Below are positions 49,109 through 64,000 of a stretch of 64,000 bases of DNA, piece by piece. Numbering within the stretch: position 1 is the first letter of the stretch; each line of letters starts with the position of its first letter. A program made the position numbers and the translations under genes. The notes below the pieces were generated by a model that was given only the letters and a program-made list of their open reading frames with translations, was not told where the DNA came from and searched no databases. Origin of the DNA: Eledone cirrhosa. Taxonomy: Eukaryota. The stretch covers positions 367,164,001-367,228,000 of the forward strand of contig OZ024741.1 of NCBI GenBank assembly GCA_964016885.1, written 5' to 3'.

Positions 49109-50384
49109 ACATACATATATATACATACATATATATACATATATACATACATATATATATATATATATATACATATATATACATATATATATACACATAT
49201 ATATACATATATATACACATATATATACATATATATATACATATATATATACATATATATATACATATATATATACATATATATATACATATATATATAC
49301 ATATATATATACATATATACATATATATATACATATATATATATACATATATATATATATACATATATATATACATACATATATATATACATACATATAT
49401 ATATACATATATATATATACATACATATATATATACATATATATATATACATATATATACATATATATATATACATATATATATATACATATATATACAT
49501 ATATATACATATATATACATATATATATATATATACATATATATACATATATACATATATATACATATATACATATATACATATATATACATATATATAC
49601 ATATATATACATATATATACATATATATACATATATATACATATATATACATATATATACATATATACATATATATACATATATATACATATATATACAT
49701 ATATACATATATATACATATATATACATATATATACATATATATACATATATATACATATATATATACATATATACATATATATACATATATATACATAT
49801 ATATACATATACATATATATACATATATATACATATATATACATATATATACATATACATATATATACATATATATACATATATATACACATATATACAC
49901 ATATATATACATATATATACATATATATACATATATATACATATATATACATATATATACATATATATATATATACATATATACATATATATATACATAT
50001 ATATACATATATACATATATATATACATATATACATATATATACATATATATATACATATATACATATATATATACATATATACATATATATACATATAT
50101 ATATACATATATACATATATATATACATATATATACATATATATACATATATATACATATATACATATATATACATATATACATATATATACATATATAT
50201 ACATATATACATATATATACATATATACATACATATATATACATATATACATATATATACATATATACATATATATACATATATACATATATATACATAT
50301 ATACATATATATACATATATATACATATATATATACATACATATATATATACATACATATATATATATACATATATATATATAC

Positions 50385-50479
<95 letters not shown>

Positions 50480-50958
50480 CATATATATATACATATATAT
50501 ATACATATATATATATATACATATATATATACATATATATACATATATATATACATATATATACATATATATATACATATATATATACATATATATATAC
50601 ATATATATATACATATATATATACATATATATATACATATATATATACATATATATATATATACATATATATATACATATATATATATACATATATATAT
50701 ATACATATATATATACATATATATATATATACATATATATATACATATATATATACATATATATATATACATATATATATACATATATATACATATATAT
50801 ATATACATATATATATACATATACATATATATATATACATATATATATACATATATATATATATACATATATATATACATATATATACATATATATATAT
50901 ATATACATATATATATACATATATATATACATATATATATATATACATATATATATAC

Positions 50959-51009
<51 letters not shown>
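49109..51009. repeat. (TA)nCA microsatellite, ~1.9 kb
   Basis: Direct reading; 600-aa ORFs are artefacts. Confidence 0.97.
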
Positions 51010-51536
51010 CATTTAAGTAAGTGCCATACTAAGAGTGAGAAATGAAATTTCGTTTTCATTTTGTTTCAATTTATCGTTTTCGGTATGCCTGACCGATTTA
51101 ACTCACTCAATATGCAAATTAGGCTGCTCAGCCGTTAATTTTCATAAGGAAAGTATATACTTTCGAACGTTCAACTATCTGGCAGATGGGTAAACGGTGC
51201 TGATGATAGCTAACAAGCTTGAAACTAGTACATCATTCCTGTGTCAGTGTTGAACAAAAAGGTGACGTGGTTGCCTTAACACCGTATGGCATAAATTCAG
51301 GCTGTTCAGTTTGTTTACAAACGAACAAAGCGACGTTAGCACCGCTAAACTGATACGTGCATATATGTATGTGTACCTGTATGCATATGTATGTATATAT
51401 ATATATATATATATGTGCATGCTACTGTACGTCTGTATACATATATGTATGTACGTATACATGCATACTTACATTTAAGTAAGTGCCATACTAAGAGTGA
51501 GAAATGAAATTTCGTTTTCATTTTGTTTCAATTTAT
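51008..51536 (+). mobile_element. Small non-coding hammerhead-containing element: 462-nt unit plus 67-nt terminal direct repeat (PLE pLTR- or retrozyme-like)
   Basis: Exact direct repeat 51008-51074 = 51470-51536; hammerhead at 51196-51234; TA microsatellite on both sides; no credible ORF. Confidence 0.65.
51196..51234 (+). ncRNA. Minimal type I hammerhead ribozyme-like motif
   Basis: GGTG-CTGATGA-T-AGCT-AACA-AGCT-T-GAA-ACTAGT-A-CATC: intact core, palindromic stem III ACTAGT, GUA triplet, stem I GGTG/CATC. Confidence 0.72.
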
Positions 51537-51794
51537 ATATATATACATATATACACATATACACATATATATACATATATACATATACACATATATATAT
51601 ACACATATATATATACACATATATATATATACATATATATATACACATATATATATATACATATATATATACATATATATATACATATATATATATACAT
51701 ATATATATATACATATATATATATACATATATATATATACATATATATATATACATATATATATATACATATATATATATACATATATATATAC

Positions 51795-51841
<47 letters not shown>

Positions 51842-52186
51842 CATATATACATATATATACATATATATATATACATATATATATATACATATATATATAC
51901 ATATATATATATACATATATATATATACATATATATATATACATATATATATATACATATATATATATACATATATATATACATATATATATATACATAT
52001 ATATATATACATATATATATATACATATATATATACATATATATATATACATATATATATATACATATATATATATACATATATATATATACATATATAT
52101 ATATACATATATATATATACATATATATATATACATATATATATATACATATATATATATACATATATATACATATATATATATAC

Positions 52187-52233
<47 letters not shown>

Positions 52234-52548
52234 CATATATATATACATATATATATATACATATATATATATACATATATATATATACATATATATATAT
52301 ACATATATATATATACATATATACATATATATATACATATATATATACATATATATATACATATATATATACATATATACATACATATATATATACATAT
52401 ATATATACATATATACATATATATATACATATATATATACATATATATATACATATATATATACATATATATATACATATATATATACATATATATATAC
52501 ATATATATATACATATATATATACATATATATATACATATATATATAC

Positions 52549-52607
<59 letters not shown>

Positions 52608-52706
52608 CATATATATATACATATATATATATATATACATATATATATACATATATATATATATACATATATATATATACATATATATATATACATATAT
52701 ATATAC

Positions 52707-52737
<31 letters not shown>

Positions 52738-52824
52738 CATATATATATACATATATATATACATATATATATACATATATATATATATACATATATATAT
52801 ATACATATATATATACATATATAC

Positions 52825-52871
<47 letters not shown>

Positions 52872-52932
52872 CATATATATATACATATATATATACATAT
52901 ATATATACATATATATATACATATATATATAC

Positions 52933-52967
<35 letters not shown>

Positions 52968-53544
52968 CATATATATATACATATATATATACATATATAT
53001 ATATACATATATATATACATATACATATATATATACATATATATATATACATATATATATATACATATATATATATACATATATATATATATACATATAT
53101 ATATATACATATATATATATACATATATATATATACATATATATATATACATATATATATATACATATACATATATACATATATATATATACATATATAC
53201 ATATATATATATATACATATACATATATATATATACATATATATATATACATATACATATATACATATATATATATATACATATACATATATATATATAC
53301 ATATATATATATACATATATACATATATATATATACATATACATATATACATATATATATATACATATATACATATATATATATACATATATATATATAC
53401 ATATATACATATATATATATACATATACATATATATATATACATATACACATATACATATATATATATACATATACATATATACATATATATATATACAT
53501 ATATACATATACACATATACATATATATATATACATATATATAT

Positions 53545-53577
<33 letters not shown>

Positions 53578-53622
53578 TATATACATATATATATATACAT
53601 ATATATATATACATATATATAC

Positions 53623-53707
<85 letters not shown>

Positions 53708-53795
53708 CATATATATACATATATATATATACATATATATACATATATATATATACATAGAACATATACATATATATATATACATATATATATAC
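51537..53795. repeat. (TA)nCA microsatellite, ~2.26 kb
   Basis: Direct reading; 700-aa ORFs are artefacts. Confidence 0.97.
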
Positions 53796-55050
53796 CCTCA
53801 TAGAACTGGACATGAAAGGAATTTGCCCACTATACAGGAGCAAATCATGGAATAGCTTAGATAGGGCTAGACATAAGATAGGGAAGGCCACATCATGGTA
53901 CGACAACCAGAGATATCAGAGTGTCATGTTTGTGGACGCCACCCCTGGAGGGAAATTAGCTAACCAGTGTAGAAAGGCCCTGAGAAAGACCCACTTAAAA
54001 ATAAAGGTGGTAGAAAAGCCAGGAACCACCATAAAATCCCTGATCAGCAAAACCTACCCTTTTAAGAAAACCCACTGTACCAATAGGAAATGTATCATTT
54101 GTAAGGTGAACCCCCGGATAAACTGTAAAACTAGGAACGTAGTCTATAGCATAAGATGTACAGAGGGTACTTGCAGAAACATGACAACAACATACATAGG
54201 TGAGACAGCTCGTAGCATAGGTGAAAGGATAGACCAACACTGGGGGGAACTAAAAGGACGAAAAAACGGGTCAGTACTATACGAACATGCTAGACAACAA
54301 CATGACGGTAACATAGACAACATAGAAATTAGAATAATATCTAAACATAGGAATGACCCAGCAGATAGGCAAATCAGAAAGGCCAGTGAAATAGAAATTA
54401 GAAGACCAAAGCTAAACAGAAAGAATGAGTGGAACAACAACACCCAAACAAACAACACTGACCTAAGAGAAGTATAAATAAGTAAATAAAATTAAATAAA
54501 ATAAGATAAATAAATACATACACAAGCACATAAACACACACTAGTCACCCAGCAGACACAACACTATACACACTAGTCACACATCACACATAACACTATA
54601 CACACACGCAAACGCATGCACAAAGAAGACAAAATAAAATAAGATAAACAAACAAGCAAATAAATAAATAAATATATAGACAGACTGAACAAAAAAAATG
54701 GCGTAGACATACAACACAACAATGACTATAACACCACTGACGATGTTGCAGATGTGCAACGAAAGATTTATGTAAATTATGTAAACTATATATATGTCTT
54801 TGTGTCTATATTGTATCTGTATTATTTTTGACCGCCGGTCAGTCAATGGCAACATTGAGGACCGAGTAAGTTAGATCGCAGATATATATATATAAAAGAC
54901 AGCGAGAAGCGAAAACCAACCAAACAGTGAGTGTGTTCTGTTATTAATTCTGGCAATATTACGCAAATATGACCCTCCCCAAATATAACAATATCTGTTT
55001 CGACACACGATTTCATATAAAAAACCTCGCAAAACTAATTCATCGCCGCT
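53796..55050 (+). mobile_element. Penelope-like retroelement 3' fragment (GIY-YIG endonuclease plus 3' non-coding region with hammerhead), different lineage from 47240-48106
   Basis: ORF 53812..54477: [21 protein letters not shown]....CIIC, NCKTRNVVYSIRC...YIGETARSIGER..QH, LNRKNEW; flanked by TA/TACA microsatellites. Confidence 0.88.
54727..54810 (+). ncRNA. Type I hammerhead ribozyme-like motif in the PLE 3' region
   Basis: TATAACACCA-CTGACGA-T-GTTGCA-GATG-TGCAAC-GAA-AGAT...GTCT-T-TGTGTCTATA: perfect 6-bp stem II, bulged stem I, CUU triplet; same strand as the GIY-YIG ORF. Confidence 0.72.
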
Positions 55051-56380
<1,330 letters not shown>

Positions 56381-56389
56381 TTTTTTTTT

Positions 56390-56480
<91 letters not shown>

Positions 56481-56481
<1 letters not shown>

Positions 56482-56816
56482 GAGGCACATGGCTTACTGG
56501 TTAGAGCATTGGCCTTGCAATCGAAAGGTTGTGAGTTCAATTCTCAGACTGGGTGATGTGTTGTTTCCTTGAGCAAGACACTTTATTTCACATTGCTCCA
56601 GTTTACTCAGCTGTAGAAATAAGATGACAGGGACCCCAGTCCCTATCATTCCACTGCAAAGTGGTCATGGAGGTGCCACGGCAAAAAAGCACCCAGCACT
56701 CACTGTAAATGAGGTTGGTGTTAGGAAGGGCATCCAGCTGTAGAAATCAAGCCAGAACCAGTTCCCGTCCCACCCTTGCAAGCAGGGAAAAAATGGACGT
56801 AAAATGATGATGATGA
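56481..56816 (+). mobile_element. CORE-type SINE with RTE tail
   Basis: Matches 2410-2731; flanked by TA microsatellite. Confidence 0.9.
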
Positions 56817-56817
56817 C

Positions 56818-56850
<33 letters not shown>

Positions 56851-56892
56851 TATACATACATATATACATATATACACATACATATATACACA

Positions 56893-56961
<69 letters not shown>

Positions 56962-57137
56962 ACATATATATATATATACATACATATATATACATATATA
57001 CATACACATATATATACATATATATATATACACATATATATACATATATATATATACACATATATATACACACACATATATATATATATACATACACATA
57101 TATATACATATATATATACACATATATATACACACAC

Positions 57138-57168
<31 letters not shown>

Positions 57169-57257
57169 CATATATATATACATATACATATTATATATAT
57201 ATATATATATATACATATACATATTATATATATATATATATATATACATATACATAT

Positions 57258-57289
<32 letters not shown>

Positions 57290-57294
57290 GACAT

Positions 57295-57328
<34 letters not shown>

Positions 57329-57376
57329 ATACATATACATATATATACATACATATATACATACATACATATATAT
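56817..57376. repeat. (TA)nCA microsatellite
   Basis: Direct reading. Confidence 0.95.
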
Positions 57377-58284
57377 GTAACTGGCACAAGTATCTCTGTG
57401 TGTTTAAGAAGTTTGTTTCCCACTCACACTATTTCAAGTTCAATCCTACTGTGAGGCAAAGCTGGTCAGATGTTTTCTACTGTAGCCTACAATTGACTAA
57501 TGTGTTGTGAGTGAATTTGCTAAACTGTGCAGAAGTCAAGTAAAGAATGAGATAGAGAAGGTGAGAGAGATAGAGAGCCAGATAGAGTGAGTTAGTGAGA
57601 GAGAGAGAGATAGTGAGTGAATGTGTGTGATTTTACGTCCATTTGTCATGTCTAGCATGGAAGATAGACGTTAAACGATGATGATGATTACTGTCTATGA
57701 TACCATGAGTTGGACAGATCATTACAGATGAAATCAGTACTGAATTAGTATTACTGTCCTTCTAAACTGGCTGCCCCTTCCCCCGTCTTATTTGTATGTA
57801 TCTGTGTGCACGTGTGTGTGCGCATGTTGCTTTCCAATGACACTTCTTGAGAAGCCAGTGTTATTTGTTTTTGTTCTGCAAAACAGCAGCTCAAAGTGCA
57901 AAGATCAGTGCCGAGTGGCAGGAAGGGCAACTAGTTATAGAATACAACTTCAAAAAAAGTTACATTTAACCTATGTCAACACAGAAAAGCAGGCATAAAA
58001 ATGATTTTATTCTTTTATTCTTTTACTCATTTCAGTCACTTGACTGCGGCCATGCTGGAGCACCACCAGTCAATCATATCAACCCCAAGACAGAATATTT
58101 TCAAGTCTGGTACTTATATTATCGATCACTATTTGCTGAACTACTAAGTTATGAGATGTAAACAGTAAACATAAATACAGGCACACAGATTCTATGACTG
58201 TATTTCTAATGACATACATTATATTAATTAACCAATTAAGAATGTTGAGGGATTTACCAAAATTATTAATTAACTAATTAACCA

Positions 58285-58478
58285 GGGCGGTGGATTGGCA
58301 GTATCGGTAGAGGGTCGGACGCCATGCATTGCAGCAAAGGGTTACGGCCCTTTATGGTCTGAGTTCAAATCCCGCCGAGGTTAACTTTACCTTTCATCCT
58401 TACGGGGTCGATAAAATAAAGTACCAGTAATACACTGGGATAATTGCTGGCCTTGTGCCAAAAGTAGAAACAATTATT
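58285..58478 (+). mobile_element. Full-length Nin/Deu-type SINE flanked by a 46-bp direct repeat
   Basis: GGGCGGTGGATTGGCAGTATCGGTAG ... AGTAGAAACAATTATT; repeat 58224-58269 = 58479-58524. Confidence 0.9.
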
Positions 58479-59707
58479 TTAATTAACCAATTAAGAATGT
58501 TGAGGGATTTACCAAAATTATTAACTATTTCATCACTAAGATACTAACTTACCATATTGGTTCATAGATAAAATTATGTAAGATTTTTAAATAGTAACTT
58601 TTTAAAATGGATGATTTTGTTTCATAGAACCAGAGTAGGTTTGTACTAGGTTAGTATCACAAGGGTTAAACAGGGTTGTCTAAAAGTAAATGGAATGGAT
58701 TTTTATCAAAATGCAAAAACACATTATTGAATGGATGTTGTTATCATTTAAATAGAAAATAGTTGGAAATATGTCATTGTATGAAAGACAAATACAAAAG
58801 GTTACATATAATGTCAATGGAAGATTATGAGAAATGTCACTACAATATTTGGCTTTAACTTCGTAAAGGGTTGCAGTAATATCATTAGCCAAAATGTGTG
58901 TAACTTAGAAAGAAAACAATATCATTCTAGAGTTGTTGTTGTTGATATAGTTTATATCTATGTAGGTTGAGCTGGCCAGTTATGAGGTTGAAACCTCCTA
59001 CTGTTCAAGGACACAACATGTAAAATTTACCAAACAAAGAGTCTGGAGGACTGTTCAGTTTTGTCAAAAAAATGACAGCCACCCTAGTGCTGGTACCACA
59101 ATAAAATTCATAGTGCACTCTGTAGAATGTGGAATCATATGTAAGCATGATGTGCCCTCTCTTCCCACACTGCCTATCAAAGAAGAGGTCAGTTGTATCA
59201 ATTAAGTACAGACTTGGCTTGTGGTGACCCATCCAACACTTGCTAGCAAGGAAAACGGTGTTAAATGATGATGATGTGTTTGTATGTATATATATCTGTA
59301 TATATGGCATATTTATTTTAGAGCTCCAACTGAAAATAGTTCAATCAATAAGAAATTGGTTTCTATTATTATACAGTAGTAGGCAGGTCATTACAGTTGA
59401 TTCCTGGTAGATATAAACTTACAATGATTAAAACATTTCCAGATATATTATGTTAGATTTGGAGGGAGGAGGGGGTCGTAACTTATTCCAGGAGAGTAGG
59501 GTAGCATTCATGACCTGTTTCAGAGCCTCGGGGATTGTTGAGAGAAAAGGGGGGAAACTGAATGAAGACCTGGACAAAATACATGCAACATGCATTTATT
59601 GGCAGAATGGTTAAACTGCTGGACAAAATGCCTTGCAATATTTAGTTAGACCCCTTTACATTCTCAGTTCAAATAATGCCGAGATCAACTTTACCTTCAA
59701 AGGTTGA

Positions 59708-60090
59708 TAAAATAAAGCACCAGTCAAACACGGTATAAAATAAAGCACCAGTCAAACACAGTATAAAATAAAGCACCAGTCAAACACAGTATAAAATAAA
59801 GCACCAGTCAAACACAGTATAAAATAAAGCACCAGTCAAACACAGTATAAAATAAAGCACCAGTCAAACACAGTATAAAATAAAGCACCAGTCAAACACA
59901 GTATAAAATAAAGCACCAGTCAAACACAGTATAAAATAAAGCACCAGTCAAACACAGTATAAAATAAAGCACCAATCAAACACAGTATAAAATAAAGCAC
60001 CAGTCAAACACAGTATAAAATAAAGCACCAGTCAAACACAGTATAAAATAAAGCACCAGTCAAACACAGTATAAAATAAAGCACCAGTCA
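59708..60090. repeat. 28-bp minisatellite (TAAAATAAAGCACCAGTCAAACACAGTA), ~13.5 copies, derived from a SINE 3' segment
   Basis: Direct reading; continues from a degenerate Nin/Deu SINE at ~59598-59727. Confidence 0.92.
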
Positions 60091-60994
60091 CCTTCTGTGA
60101 TCATGTTTCTAATGAAAAACTTTGAACGATTTACTAAAATTATTAATTATTTCATAACTAAGATAGTAACTTAACATATGGTTCTTGAATGAAATTATGT
60201 TGACAGATTTTAAATTATGTGCTATTAAGTTAGACATGGCATAGACCAATACTGGCTGAAAGTTATCAAAGTAACCTTTAAAATAAATAGTTTTGTTTCA
60301 TAGAACCAAAAGTGGTTTTGGCCAGGTTAGTAACAAAAGGGTTAATATTCCTATAATGCATCTGAGATGTGAATGCAATTATAACCCTTGGAAGGATGAG
60401 AGAGCTTCTATATGTACATGCATGCACATGTACTCATGTATGTGTTTTGGAAGTATATTCATATAATTACAGGTATTTCATTTAACTAAGTTTAAAGACA
60501 ATCTTGAAGAAGCTGTTGCTTAACCCTGGGTCAACTTTGATTCAGCACAACTATGATCAAAAGCCTCCCAGCCATAATCTTCCCATATTACTCCCAACAG
60601 TGCACCCTAGACAACATCATTGAATGTTTACCTCTTTAAGATGGTAGACTATGATTTGAAGGAGATTTTACTGCTATTACTGGGAGGTCAATAAATCATG
60701 AAGAAGTTCTCCACATTGGTTCAGGTTCAGGTGGGGGTGGGGGTGATCTATGTGGGAGGAGGCTCTCCACTCTGGCCCAGGTGGAGCTAGTGTATGTGGG
60801 TAGAAGCTCTCCACACTGCTTCAGGTGGAAGTGGAATTGATATATGTGGACAACTGGATCGTTCTTTAAAATATCACCGAATATCACTTTATTTAATCTC
60901 ATCTTTTTGTTTTTCCATTCTTGCATGAATTGGACAAGTCTCTTCCAACACAGCTTCCTTCCACTCATTCAGTTCCTATGTCATTTCTGTGAGG

Positions 60995-61320
60995 TTCAGT
61001 CAGTGATTTAAGATCAGCTCTCACTATCTTTTCCCTGGTCTTCCCCAACAGCAGCTTCCTTCCACTAGGATTTCTTTGCACTTCTTCACCCAGCAACCAA
61101 CATCCATGCACATCACATGTCCATACCTACCAGTACAGTCTTCTCTCTTAAATACATCTGATTCCTCTTATTCTTTTTTTTTTCTTAGCCCATCCATACT
61201 TTATTGTTCATGTACATTAACATCACACATCCATCAAAGCTTGCTTCATGTCTCTCCAACGTTTGCATATCCTCTACATTTACTACCCAGTCTCACTATC
61301 ATACAGCATTGCACTTCACA
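60995..61320 (-). mobile_element. Degenerate RTE LINE 3' fragment
   Basis: Reverse strand reads RRLYW..YGHVMCMDVGCWVKKCKEILVEGSCCWGRPGKR. Confidence 0.65.
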
Positions 61321-61605
61321 CTGATATAAAAAAAAAAGCAATGTCAGCACAGGCAGGATTTCATCTTGGGAGCAGTGATTGAGTCATTGAACTAAATAAA
61401 ACAATTAAGTACCATGTATTAAGTCACCGCCCTTTTCTCTTTCATTTTCACTATTACCCATTAATAAAGGACAGGTGCAAGTCATGTTTGGAATCAATGG
61501 GAAACTGGAGTTTATGGTAGGGTCACGTGTTTATCAGTCATCAGACACACAAACGCACACTGATACTAACTCACACACACATTGACACTAACATACACAG
61601 ACACC

Positions 61606-64000
61606 AACACACACTGGCGCTAACACACACTGGCGCTAACACACACTGGCGCTAACACACACTGGCGCTAACACACACTGGCACTAACACACACTGGCAC
61701 TAACACACACTGGCGCTAACACACACTGGCGCTAACACACACTGGCGCTAACACACACTGGCGCTAACACACACTGGCGCTAACACACACTGGCACTAAC
61801 ACACACTGGCGCTAACACACACTGGCGCTAACACACACTGGCGCTAACACACAATGGCACTAACACACACTGGCGCTAACACACACTGGCACTAACACAC
61901 ACTGGCACTAACACACACTGGCACTAACACACACTGGCACTAACACACACTGGCACTAACACACACTGGCACTAACACACACTGGCACTAACACACACTG
62001 GCACTAACACACACTGGCACTAACACACACTGGCACTAACACACACTGGCACTAACACACACTGGCACTAACTCACACTGGCACTAACTCACACTGGCGT
62101 TAACACACACTGGCACTAACACACACTGGCACTAACACACACTGGCACTAACACACACTGGCACTAACTCACACTGGCACTAACTCACACTGGCGTTAAC
62201 ACACACTGGCACTAACACACACTGGCACTAACTCACACTGGCGTTAACACACACTGGCACTAACACACACTGGCGCTAACACACACTGGCGCTAACACAC
62301 ACTGGCGCTAACACACACTGGCACTAACTCACACTGGCACTAACACACACTGGCGCTAACACACACTGGCACTAACACACACTGGCACTAACACACACTG
62401 GCGCTAACACACACTGGCGCTAACACACACTGGCACTAACACACACTGGCGCTAACACACACTGGCGCTAACACACACTGGCGCTAACACACACTGGCAC
62501 TAACACACACTGGCACTAACACACACTGGCACTAACACACACTGGCACTAACACACACTGGCGTTAACACACACTGGCGCTAACACACACTGGCACTAAC
62601 ACACACTGGCACTAACACACACTGGCACTAACACACACTGGCACTAACACACACTGGCACTAACACACACTGGCACTAACACACACTGGCACTAACACAC
62701 ACTGGCGTTAACACACACTGGCACTAACACACACTGGCACTAACACACACTGGCACTAACACACACTGGCGCTAACACACACTGGCACTAACACACACTG
62801 GCACTAACACACACTGGCACTAACACACACTGGCACTAACACACACTGGCACTAACACACACTGGCACTAACACACACTGGCACTAACACACACTGGCAC
62901 TAACACACACTGGCACTAACACACACTGGCACTAACACACACTGGCACTAACACACACTGGCACTAACACACACTGGCACTAACACACACTGGCACTAAC
63001 ACACACTGGCACTAACACACACTGGCACTAACACACACTGGCACTAACACACACTGGCACTAACACACACTGGCACTAACACACACTGGCACTAACACAC
63101 ACTGGCACTAACACACACTGGCACTAACACACACTAGCACTAACTCACACTGGCGTTAACACACACTGGCACTAACACACACTGGCACTAACTCACACTG
63201 GCGTTAACACACACTGGCACTAACACACACTGGCACTAACTCACACTGGCGCTAACACACACTGGCACTAACACACACTGGCACTAACACACACTGGCGC
63301 TAACACACACTGGCGCTAACACACACTGGCGCTAACACACACTGGCACTAACACACACTGGCACTAACACACACTGGCACTAACACACACTGGCACTAAC
63401 ACACACTGGCACTAACACACACTGGCGTTAACACACACTGGCACTAACACACACTGGCGTTAACACACACTGGCACTAACACACACTGGCGCTAACACAC
63501 ACTGGCGCTAACACACACTGGCGCTAACACACACTGGCACTAACACACACTGGCACTAACACACACTGGCACTAACACACACTGGCACTAACACACACTG
63601 GCACTAACACACACTGGCACTAACACACACTGGCACTAACACACACTGGCACTAACACACACTGGCGTTAACACACACTGGCGCTAACACACACTGGCGC
63701 TAACACACACTGGCGTTAACACACACTGGCGCTAACACACACTGGCACTAACACACACTGGCACTAACACACACTGGCACTAACACACACTGGCACTAAC
63801 ACACACTGGCACTAACACACACTGGCACTAACACACACTGGCACTAACACACACTGGCACTAACACACACTGGCGTTAACACACACTGGCGCTAACACAC
63901 ACTGGCACTAACACACACTGGCGTTAACACACACTGGCGCTAACACACACTGGCACTAACACACACTGGCACTAACACACACTGGCACTAACACACACTG
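61606..64000. repeat. 16-bp satellite (TAACACACACTGGCRC), about 150 copies, continuing past the window end
   Basis: Direct reading; variants GGCAC/GGCGC/GGCGT and occasional ACTCAC. Confidence 0.97.

Noticed and set aside
49046-53906. Very long ORFs (600-790 aa) of Y/I/H/T or Y/I/C/V/M; similar ones at 17530-18512, 45487-47291 and 54871-57454
   Set aside because: Translations of TA/CA microsatellites that lack stop codons; open in nearly all frames on both strands.
60696-60968. 90-aa minus-strand ORF with a proline run
   Set aside because: No recognisable domain or splice context; adjacent to a decayed LINE fragment.

Overview
AT-rich, repeat-dense animal genomic DNA. The SINE/LINE/microsatellite repertoire suggests a mollusc, probably an octopus (inference). 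The only host gene I can support is a plastin/fimbrin on the minus strand: 7 phase-consistent GT-AG coding exons between 19164 and 1469, encoding an EF-hand pair, CH1 and CH2. Its first coding exon was not found and its 3' exons lie left of the window. The rest is mobile and repetitive DNA: RTE-clade LINE copies, tRNA-derived SINE families (CORE-type with an RTE tail; Nin/Deu-type), a Buster-type hAT transposon with TIRs and an 8-bp TSD, TTAA-flanked MITEs, two CRE-like 3' fragments, two Penelope-like (GIY-YIG) fragments, several satellites and very long TA-rich microsatellites. The most interesting signal is five type I hammerhead-ribozyme-like folds read by eye (17276-17311 on minus; 44815-44904, 48978-49028, 51196-51234, 54727-54810 on plus). 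Four lie in islands embedded in TA microsatellite. Two share a 22-nt upstream motif, and one sits in a 462-nt unit with a 67-nt terminal direct repeat (retrozyme/pLTR-like). A 4.9-kb 38-bp satellite has also expanded inside a ~220-bp MITE whose unexpanded relatives are present in the window. All folds and alignments were done by hand and need computational confirmation.
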